Shown in pieces: positions 1 to 7,103 of a DNA stretch of 64,000 nt (the stretch's first letter is position 1; each line of letters opens with the position of its first letter). A model generated the notes under the pieces. It saw nothing but the letters and a program-made list of their open reading frames with translations. It did no database searches and was not told where the DNA came from. The position numbers and the translations under genes were made by a program. Origin of the DNA: Caulobacteraceae bacterium (GTDB lineage Bacteria; Pseudomonadota; Alphaproteobacteria; Caulobacterales; Caulobacteraceae); contig JBOHLG010000002.1 of the NCBI GenBank assembly GCA_050729515.1, forward strand, positions 124,352 to 188,351, given 5' to 3'.

Positions 1-399
1 CAGCAGGCGATGCAGAGACAAGGCCACTGCCGCCCCGCCGTAGAGGCGCTCCCGCCGGTTGCCGTGGAAGAGTAGCGGCACAACTTGCGGCAATGAGGGA
101 GCAGCGAGGATCGGGGCGCGCGGCGTACTCGAAAGATCAAAGCCGCCGATCTCGCGAACTCGCTGGGTGAATTCCCGCGGCTTTTGGCGGCAGACTCTGG
201 AGCAGCTAGCTGAGTGTCCGCAACAATTTGCCAAGCAGTCAAAGCCGGCAGCCATCCTGTGAAGTCCGCCACAGGGCTCGTGCTGAGGACAGGTGAGGCA
301 GCCGAGGGAGGGGGTTAGCTTTGACTCTTCCCAAAGACGTCTCTCGCGTCGCCTGTTGCCAGCCTCAATCTCCGCCGAGCCGGATTGACCTGGCGTCAA
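1..399 (-). CDS. Hypothetical Cys-rich protein, 5' part only (continues beyond the left edge of the window)
   Basis: It is absent from the ORF track because it has no stop inside the window. Read by hand on the minus strand, frame 399->1 is open for all 133 codons. Candidate starts are TTG 399 (TTGA overlap with the stop of the 115-aa ORF), GTG 402 or ATG 255. The predicted N-terminus ...SLGCLTCPQHEPCGGLHRMAAGFDCLANCCGHSASCSRVCRQKP... has 8 Cys within about 40 residues. I recognise no family. Confidence 0.35.
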   Translation of the reverse strand, partial: MTPGQSGSAEIEAGNRRRERRLWEESKLTPSLGCLTCPQHEPCGGLHRMAAGFDCLANCCGHSASCSRVCRQKPREFTQRVREIGGFDLSSTPRAPILAAPSLPQVVPLLFHGNRRERLYGGAAVALSLHRLL

Positions 400-743
400 C
401 ACAACGTCACCTCCGCCACTGCCGAGAGCTCGTGGACTTGGCGAACGATCGCAGTCGCGATGCCACTTGATGCCTCGACAGCCTGATAGACGTCGGCCGG
501 AGGCACTTCGAGGCGCGCAACGACTGCGAGTCCGCTTCGGAAAACCAACGCCTTGCTATCTACCTCGACGGTTAGCTCAGCTCCGACAGAAATCCCTGCC
601 GGTCCTGCCAGATCAATTGGGAAGGTCGGACAGTCCTCAATCGGTGATCGGGTGAAGAGGTCGGCCGTCCCAAGACGGGCGCGCGCCAGGTCCAAGTGCT
701 TTTCGAATGAACGACCAGCTCGGCTTATGAAATCGACGCCCAC
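396..743 (-). CDS. Hypothetical 115-aa protein (no recognisable domain)
   Basis: ORF-track entry. The GTG start at 743 lies 1 nt after the TAA stop (745-747) of the upstream STAS-wHTH gene, so it is tightly coupled in the same operon. It has no signal peptide or TM segment. The sequence looks beta-rich (TVEVDSKALVFRSGLAVVARLEV). Confidence 0.5.
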   Translation of the reverse strand: MGVDFISRAGRSFEKHLDLARARLGTADLFTRSPIEDCPTFPIDLAGPAGISVGAELTVEVDSKALVFRSGLAVVARLEVPPADVYQAVEASSGIATAIVRQVHELSAVAEVTLC

Positions 744-744
744 C

Positions 745-1320
745 TTAAACTCCCGACAGCAAGGGCTTGTAGCGTTTGTTCCGGCCCTCGCTCAGTTCGA
801 CAACGAGGCTAGCGGCTGCCAGCGCGGCCAAACGGTTGTTCCACGCGGTCTGTTTGACGCCGTCGCTCTCACCGAACTCGCGCTGCAGCTGCGCTGCGTC
901 CAACTCTTTGCGCTCCCCGACTAAATCTAGAATGCGCTGCTGCTTTGTTTCGAGGCGCCCTAACGTACGCACGTCGTTAGACGTACCCTCATCCGTGAGA
1001 TCGCATGCGAGAATCGCGTCGCCACGCCCGCGAAGGAAATCATCGAGTTCCTCCTCCACGACGCCATGCACGTTCGCGACGACGGGATAGAAGTTCGAAC
1101 GCCGCCCGCGCACTGCGTCGCGAAACCCAACGACGCTTTCGCGGAGGAAGCTTCCCGTCGCTACCACAACTCCCTCAAAATCGAGGAAGACTGGCTGGGG
1201 CGTCTCGGGCTCCCGCGCTGTCAACGCGAGCAATTTACTCAACAGTTCCCTCCCGTTGATTGCTCCAGCGCACATGTCCTGGCCGACTTGATCTGCGACT
1301 GAAATACGCATCGTCACCAT
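745..1320 (-). CDS. STAS-like (DUF4325-type) domain protein with a C-terminal winged-helix DNA-binding-like domain
   Basis: I trimmed the start to ATG 1320 (MVTMRISV; alternative ATG 1311 preceded by GAGGA), because the 67-codon extension up to 1521 is R/W-rich and overlaps the HKD gene. The N-terminal half (RISVADQVG..INGRELLSKL...PVFLDFEGVVVATGSFLRESVVGF) fits the pattern I associate with DUF4325/STAS-like proteins. The C-terminal half (QQRILDLVGERKELDAAQLQREFG...TAWNNRLAALAAASLVVELSEGRNKRYKPL) looks like a MarR-type wHTH. Confidence 0.6.
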   Translation of the reverse strand: MVTMRISVADQVGQDMCAGAINGRELLSKLLALTAREPETPQPVFLDFEGVVVATGSFLRESVVGFRDAVRGRRSNFYPVVANVHGVVEEELDDFLRGRGDAILACDLTDEGTSNDVRTLGRLETKQQRILDLVGERKELDAAQLQREFGESDGVKQTAWNNRLAALAAASLVVELSEGRNKRYKPLLSGV

Positions 1321-1465
1321 CCTCACGACTCTATGGTGACGAAAGTGACGGATTCTGGCCTGGCGGTCAAGATCTCTTCGTGCGGAGTTGCAACGAAGTA
1401 GGAGGACCCAGGAAGGAGGTCGTACCCAGCAGCGATGGTAATACGCTAGCGGCGGGGCGCCCTGC

Positions 1466-2566
1466 CTACTCCAAGCCCCACCGACGCGCTCCAGCCCTGG
1501 TTTGCTCCGTGCATTTGGCATCCAGGACCGACTTATAATTTGCGGGGTCCACCAGAGAGCACCGATATTGGCTCTTACCTGACCGGTCGAATATAAGCAC
1601 CGCCGGCCGCGCTACCAATAAAATCGGCCTGAGGCGGACGCGATGCGTATTGTTATCGAAGTGCGTAATGTGAGTTGAGATCGTAGGCCCCGAGTCAAAC
1701 CTGAACTTGGCGAGCTGACTTTGATGGGGTCCCACCCCGAAGTACGCTGAAAGCGTTACTGTCGGCAGCTGGATCTGATACCCTTTGTAACCCTTCTGGC
1801 CGCCCGTCTCGTGGGGTAGTATTTGGAGGTAAAGGCGTTTCGGAAGATTTGTTTGCGGATCAAGTCCAGACAGCAGCTTCTTCTTTTTCGCCGGTTGCTT
1901 TAGGTCTAGAACCTTCGAGAACAACGGCTTTGTCGCTGCCTTTACCTTCGAGCTGACCGCAGGCTTGCCCGCCTTCACGCCGCGCTTCTCATTCTCCTTT
2001 TCAGAGCCGAGCGACTTCTCGGCGGTTAGCTTCCGGACGCGTTCCAGCGTCACGGTCGCGCTTTCAAGCTTTAGTGCGCCCCAGGCGTCTTCAAGTTCCT
2101 TCGCGAACGTCGCTGAGCGATCAACCTCGATCAAGGCTGCCGCTTCGAAGTTCCGCGCGAATCCGCCGCCGGTAAGGTTCGCCGAGCCAACGACTGCGAT
2201 GACGCGATCAGAGAATTTGAACTCGAAAAACTTCGGATGAAATGTGGCGTTCGAATATTTGTCCTCAATAAGACCCGCGTAAGAGTGACCCTTATAAAGT
2301 TCCCTGAGATATAGGGAATACAAGAAGCTGTCTGGGGTCGTGACGCCATTATCGACCCCGTAGATGCACTGGAACTCACCACCGCTCGCCAGGAATCTCT
2401 CCAAATTGTCCGAGACTAATCCGAGCCCGTCCCACCGCGCGTACGCCACAGCGACGCGAAACCGCTTCAAGCCCCCTGTCTTGAGGAGCGCGTTGATGCG
2501 ATCACAGACGTAGCCTGAACCGCCAGTGGTCTGCTGAATTAGCGATGCGGTAGGCGCGGCGGTCAT
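1466..2566 (-). CDS. Single-HKD phospholipase-D-family nuclease with a Lys-rich linker and a beta-rich C-terminal domain (BfiI/NgoFVII-like architecture)
   Basis: It carries one HKD motif, HPKFFEFKF..RVIAVVGSANLTGGG. After about 190 aa of PLD fold comes a Lys-rich linker (KENEKRGVKAGKPAVSSKVKAATKPLFSKVLDLKQPAKKKKLL). A roughly 130-aa C-terminal domain follows (LYLQILPHETGG..IQLPTVTLSAYFG..KFRFDSGPTISTHITHFDNNTHRVRL). The start ATG forms an ATGA overlap with the stop of the upstream 1379-aa gene. Confidence 0.85.
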   Translation of the reverse strand: MTAAPTASLIQQTTGGSGYVCDRINALLKTGGLKRFRVAVAYARWDGLGLVSDNLERFLASGGEFQCIYGVDNGVTTPDSFLYSLYLRELYKGHSYAGLIEDKYSNATFHPKFFEFKFSDRVIAVVGSANLTGGGFARNFEAAALIEVDRSATFAKELEDAWGALKLESATVTLERVRKLTAEKSLGSEKENEKRGVKAGKPAVSSKVKAATKPLFSKVLDLKQPAKKKKLLSGLDPQTNLPKRLYLQILPHETGGQKGYKGYQIQLPTVTLSAYFGVGPHQSQLAKFRFDSGPTISTHITHFDNNTHRVRLRPILLVARPAVLIFDRSGKSQYRCSLVDPANYKSVLDAKCTEQTRAGARRWGLE

Positions 2567-5500
2567 TGGGACTGCAGACGGATATCGGCGTCAGGATCGC
2601 CGGCTTCCAAGGCATTCAGCCAAGCCAAGCAGAGATCCCGAGATTGGTAACGCCCGAAACGGCTGAGCTCATGGCGCTCCAAGATCGGAAACGTCGAATA
2701 GATGTATCGAACTTGCTCGCGATCCGTGATGCCGTACAGGTGGAAGAAAATGGCGTCCAGTTTTGCGCGCAACGATGCGCGCCTTCCGTTGTCCCAGGTG
2801 AACGCGGGCTTCACCTCCTTGTTTCCCCTTACGTATCCCATGTCACGAGCGAAAGGCTGCATGTCGGTGGAGGTGTACGTAAGTTCGAGCGCGGCTTCAC
2901 TGACAATGGTCTCGGCGCTCTTCGACCCGAACACGCAATTCACGTAAGAGGCTCGCGGAACTACGGGGAGTTGCTCCAGGATGAACAGATTTAGTGTCTG
3001 GCCCTGGACCTTTTGGCGTGTCACATAGTCGAAGACGATGCTGTTGAAGTTGGCGCACAGGAGCTGCTCTCCGCAGTGACCCTCCTCCGGTACGAGCAGG
3101 GGCAGCTTGTTGCCAAAGCCAACGGTAGGAAACAGTGCGGCTATAAACGTGCGCTCGTTTGTCGGTGCCGTAATCTCTTTGAACCCAAGCACCCATCCGA
3201 GGTTCTGCGACCACCGGCACTTTTTCTCCTCAACCCAATATTGAGGTTCCGGCAGCCAGTCGGGATCGGCATGTTGGCCCGCAGTTGACGGTTGAGGCTG
3301 GGCCGGCCTGTGTTGGTTCGTCAGATTCACAATCACGCTTGCGGCGCGGTGATCGAAAGCTTGCGCCATCTTCCCCTCGTAGAGAGGAACCCAAATTCCG
3401 GACGGGGCTTTCCAACGCTTGCCATCAATGGCGTAAGCGTGCTCCCGCTCCTCGAGTTCAAGCTTTGTGCGAAATTCGGCCGAATCATTAGTCATGTGGA
3501 ACATGGTTGCATAGCGGAGCGGCCAAGCGCGCCGCTCAGATCTGCCATTGCGCTCGACGAAGACCGGCAGCCGCCCGTAGACCGCCGTCGTTAAATCCGC
3601 GTCGCGCCTGCTACGAAAGACCGGGGCGGTACCAGTGTTGGGATTCACGCGAGAGAAATCTTCGGCAGAAAACGGAAATCGACGCTCGGGGTTGTTGAGC
3701 TCCCCAACATCTTGGAGGAAGAACGCGCATTCCGCGGGCTTGGCGAAAGGGGTCGGGCTCATCACGAACACACAGAATTTGAACCTAGAATCAACATCGG
3801 GAAAGAACGGCTGTTCGCCGTATCGAGTACGCCGGTTCTCGAAGTCGTAGAGCGCTTTCAGCCGACCGCTTGTCGAGACGGCCTTAAAGAAGATCGCTGC
3901 AGTTTTATCCGACCCGATTCCGGATGGAGTCAGCAGACCCACGACGCCGGTCTTCTTTACGATTGTCGCCGCCCGCTCCACGAACAGCGAGTAGAGGTTG
4001 ACGTCTCCGCCCGAGAGCAAAGGGTAATCGCCCCCCGTACGAGCCATTCGAGTAGCTGCGTCAGCTCGCGATTCGGCAACTGCGTAATCTGCGGCGAGCG
4101 GAGCGTCAGACGTCAGAAGGGAGACGATCATTCGCGTTCTGTCGGAAGCGCGCTGTGCCAAAGCGATCTCGCGCCGCCTCGCCGCAAACCACTCTACCTG
4201 TTGCAGTTTGATACGGTCCCACGGTGGATTGCCAATCACTGCGTCAAAGCCGCCCGTCAGGCCTTCGCTGGTCCATTCGGACCACACCCCTGGGAAAGCG
4301 ACTTGCCAGTTCAGAAATCTTTCTTCTCGCACAAGCCCCCGAGCTTTGCTGAGAATGTCCCTGAAGCTCCTAGCGTCTGTTGTCTCCGGTTCGCCCGTCA
4401 GGGCCGCGCCGAGAGCGATTTGAACCGGATCTCCGAACCGACCATCGAGAAATGCGGCGAGCGCTGCCTTCTCCTCCTTGCTTCGGAGATCGAGCCAGTC
4501 AAAAGCGTGGTTCAAAGCCAGGAACGCATTGAGTGGTGCCGTCATCTCCTGAACCTCTGTGAACACCTCTCCCGAACGGTGAGCTTCTGTAATCTCGGCG
4601 TCCGTTAGACCCTCGATGATCTGCATAGGTGCCGCCGCGCGCAAAGCGCGGTTGAGCGGACTGTGCAAGAAGAGCGAGCGCCCAACGGCCAAGTCGACGC
4701 TAGGCTTGACCCACGACCCGAAAAGGCTGTCGCCGCACCGCAGGTGGTGATCTAGGAAGCTCAGCGGCGCGCCCACCGTGAACGTATGTAGCCATAACGC
4801 CACCTTTGCGAGTTCGACGGCCATTGGATTCTTGTCGACGCCATAGACGCAGCGCTTCAGGACCATGCGTCGAATGATGTGTCGGTCGTCAAGTTGACTC
4901 GCGTCAACCGTCCAACCGCGCACTTCGGCATTGCCCAAAATTGTTCGTCGGATGGTGTCGATCCGATCGCCAAGCGGCGAAACGTAGTCAGCCCAAGTCA
5001 CTAAGGCTTCGGCCTCAGCCATCGCCGTGATGACTTGATCCGCGAGGTAATCGACCAAGCTCACCAGGAAATGGCCTGAGCCCATTGCGGGATCGCAGAC
5101 CTTCAGCTCAAGTAATCTCTCTGCAGGATCGAGTCGCTTCAGCGCGCCAATCCGCATGTCTTCGGGCTGCTCTGCGCCGTCGAGCTCTTCGACCTTCTCG
5201 GCGAAAGCTGCTAGGCGCTGTTCAACTAACGGCTCGATCGTCTCGCCAACGATTAGCGACACTAACTCATCCGGCGTGTAGTAGCTGCCTGAACTCCTCC
5301 TCGCGAAAGTGTTGGGCTGGATGATGACCAGCCCGTCCACGCGCTTTACTTCGTGTTCTAGCAGACGTTCGTAGATAGAACCTAATTGCTGCACCGTTAG
5401 ATCTCTGTAATTGATATATTTTCGACCTTCCGGGGTGTGCTCGAATGAAAGCGTATCGACGACGTCCGCCATCAGGGCGTCGTTAAGCTTGACGTTCGCG

Positions 5501-6702
5501 AGCAACGGAGTGCGCGCAGGATCGAAAAGGCCCCCGTTGTATGGTGGCAGGCCTATGGAACTGTCGCCGCCGTCGATAGCTCGGCAAAGGTCGTCGATCG
5601 CCGACCAGTAGCGGGCGGCTGTCGCTGAGAAAACATCTCCGTTGTCCTTTCGCGTCGCCACGTCGCCTCGCACGCGATCACGGAGTCCGTAGTGGTCGTA
5701 ACGGCTGTCGCGAACGGGCAGTAGGTTGCGGTCTTCTGCGTACAGAATGAACAGAAGGCGATATAAGAGCACCAGCGCCGCCTCTCTCACCTCTTGAAGA
5801 TTCGCCTCGGGTGCCGCGTCAGCGATGCCGCGCACGATCGCCGGAAACACCTGACCGAACACGAGATTCGAGAGGTTCCTTGCGACCCTTTCCTCGTAAA
5901 ACGAACCTTCTGCGAGGGCGCGCTGGTGAAATGTTCGCGCATCCGCTGCTGCAGGAACAAAGGCTTCCTTCCGGAAGACGAGGACGAAGATCTTAAGCCA
6001 ATGAAGCGCCCCGCCTTCCGATAGCTCAAACAAATCGCGCTGATGTCCATGAAGGCCGAGCAGCACGCCGAGATCTAGCTCGAAGAACTCTTCCGCCACG
6101 GACCGGGCTCCTTGATAGTAGAGCCGCCACTTTGCACCATTGGTCAGTATTCCCCATCGGAGCTGGCCTGTGGTTAGATCGTCAACGCGACGTAGGTAGC
6201 GCAACATCTGCGTTGACGGTGCCGTCTCTTCGCCACGCCTACCGGAGCGCCGATCTAGCGGCCTGCTCCAGCGTTTCGACTCCACAACCGCCAATCCGAA
6301 TTCGTATCGACGCCACTCTTCGCGTTGGTTGTTAGCCCGCGCTTTCGCGGCGTCGTCCTGAAACAAGAGCCCGTCGGGAACGTCGTCCCGACCTTTAGGC
6401 GCAAGGTTCTGCTGTCGGAGGCTTGCTGACCACCCCAGGCGCGAGAGGATCGGCCAAATGAGATCATCCTCGGTTTGGCTCTCGTTTGGCGTCTGATTCG
6501 TAGGGAACCGATTGAAAATAGCTAAAACGTCACTGCGGAACTGACAAACTTCGGAGGTTGTTAGATCAGACCAATCATCCAAATCCTCTATTGAAGTTTC
6601 AAGGAAATCTCCCGCGAGAAGACTTCCATTAAATACAGGCCCGTTGACGGCGCTCAGGTTTGACGGCTCACCTAGTGCAATACGGTTTGCGTGTGTCGCC
6701 AT
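2563..6702 (-). CDS. Type IIG/IIL-like restriction-modification fusion protein (PD-ExK nuclease-like N-terminus plus gamma-class N6-adenine DNA methyltransferase plus long C-terminal region), 1379 aa
   Basis: Motifs read in the translation:
- VPDGLLF ... AVVESKRW ... WGILTNGAKWRLYY (PD-(D/E)xK-like);
- LLYRLLFILYAEDRNLLP, PYNGGLF, LGSIYERLLE (MmeI/PglX-type connector);
- GSYYTP, DPAMGSGHFL (SAM motif I);
- VYGVDKNPMAVELAKVALWL and VIGNPPWDRIK (catalytic NPPW).

GAGGG lies 5 nt upstream of ATG 6702. Confidence 0.9.
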   Translation of the reverse strand: MATHANRIALGEPSNLSAVNGPVFNGSLLAGDFLETSIEDLDDWSDLTTSEVCQFRSDVLAIFNRFPTNQTPNESQTEDDLIWPILSRLGWSASLRQQNLAPKGRDDVPDGLLFQDDAAKARANNQREEWRRYEFGLAVVESKRWSRPLDRRSGRRGEETAPSTQMLRYLRRVDDLTTGQLRWGILTNGAKWRLYYQGARSVAEEFFELDLGVLLGLHGHQRDLFELSEGGALHWLKIFVLVFRKEAFVPAAADARTFHQRALAEGSFYEERVARNLSNLVFGQVFPAIVRGIADAAPEANLQEVREAALVLLYRLLFILYAEDRNLLPVRDSRYDHYGLRDRVRGDVATRKDNGDVFSATAARYWSAIDDLCRAIDGGDSSIGLPPYNGGLFDPARTPLLANVKLNDALMADVVDTLSFEHTPEGRKYINYRDLTVQQLGSIYERLLEHEVKRVDGLVIIQPNTFARRSSGSYYTPDELVSLIVGETIEPLVEQRLAAFAEKVEELDGAEQPEDMRIGALKRLDPAERLLELKVCDPAMGSGHFLVSLVDYLADQVITAMAEAEALVTWADYVSPLGDRIDTIRRTILGNAEVRGWTVDASQLDDRHIIRRMVLKRCVYGVDKNPMAVELAKVALWLHTFTVGAPLSFLDHHLRCGDSLFGSWVKPSVDLAVGRSLFLHSPLNRALRAAAPMQIIEGLTDAEITEAHRSGEVFTEVQEMTAPLNAFLALNHAFDWLDLRSKEEKAALAAFLDGRFGDPVQIALGAALTGEPETTDARSFRDILSKARGLVREERFLNWQVAFPGVWSEWTSEGLTGGFDAVIGNPPWDRIKLQQVEWFAARRREIALAQRASDRTRMIVSLLTSDAPLAADYAVAESRADAATRMARTGGDYPLLSGGDVNLYSLFVERAATIVKKTGVVGLLTPSGIGSDKTAAIFFKAVSTSGRLKALYDFENRRTRYGEQPFFPDVDSRFKFCVFVMSPTPFAKPAECAFFLQDVGELNNPERRFPFSAEDFSRVNPNTGTAPVFRSRRDADLTTAVYGRLPVFVERNGRSERRAWPLRYATMFHMTNDSAEFRTKLELEEREHAYAIDGKRWKAPSGIWVPLYEGKMAQAFDHRAASVIVNLTNQHRPAQPQPSTAGQHADPDWLPEPQYWVEEKKCRWSQNLGWVLGFKEITAPTNERTFIAALFPTVGFGNKLPLLVPEEGHCGEQLLCANFNSIVFDYVTRQKVQGQTLNLFILEQLPVVPRASYVNCVFGSKSAETIVSEAALELTYTSTDMQPFARDMGYVRGNKEVKPAFTWDNGRRASLRAKLDAIFFHLYGITDREQVRYIYSTFPILERHELSRFGRYQSRDLCLAWLNALEAGDPDADIRLQSQ

Positions 6703-7103
6703 TGGCCCTCAGAGCGTATAGTTACTTTGTGTCTAGTCTCTTGGGGGAAGAGTAGCTTCCGCGCCGAGTCTCGTCTACGCCGGATTCAGCCGCAATGGGC
6801 GGTGAAAAGGGGCCAGGGACGGCCACGGATCACCACAGCCAAGCTCAGAGCGGCGTAGGAGACGCGCTCAGCGCGCCGTTTCGCGTGGCGCAGCTGCACA
6901 AGCGCAGTGCGGGAGTGAACCGCCTCGAATCTAGGCGTCCTTGGCTGGACCTGTTCGCCGCTAAGGGGTCTTCGTTGGATGCCGCGGGAGGAAGTCGGTA
7001 ACTGGCTTTCAGAGACTGATCATGTGGCAAGTCATCGGCGCGAGGGTCCCGGACCAGCATCTCCCGCCTTGGTTCGCGCCACCCAAATTCGTCGGCAGTG
7101 GTT

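Noticed and set aside
130-330. A radical-SAM assignment for the Cys-rich partial ORF.
   Set aside because: The Cys spacing (C-x2-C-x5-C, C-x3-CC-x5-C-x3-C) does not contain a CxxxCxxC triad, so I leave it unassigned.
745-1521. The full 258-aa version of the STAS-wHTH ORF starting at 1521.
   Set aside because: The first 67 codons are R/W/H-rich nonsense-like sequence (..YYHRCWVRPPSWVLLLRCNSARRDLDRQARIRHFRHHRVVR) and overlap the 3' end of the HKD nuclease gene by 56 nt. The domain begins right after the internal ATG at 1320/1311.
1-6702. Assigning the cassette to BREX or DISARM because of the large adenine methyltransferase and the PLD-family gene.
   Set aside because: No PglZ, BrxC or BrxL, and no DrmA/DrmB (helicase plus DUF1998) or SNF2 gene, is present in the visible 6.7 kb. 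The large protein also has a PD-ExK-like N-terminus typical of type IIG enzymes. More genes may lie left of the window, so this rejection is provisional.
6845-7060. A small ORF (71 aa, minus strand) upstream of the methyltransferase as a possible controller (C) protein.
   Set aside because: It has no helix-turn-helix pattern, a low-complexity translation and no RBS.
7040-7090. A tRNA-like 3' end (ttggttcgcgccaccca) at the island border as a possible att site.
   Set aside because: The flanking bases cannot form a T-stem (cttgg versus ccacc are not complementary), and no acceptor stem or CCA context is present.
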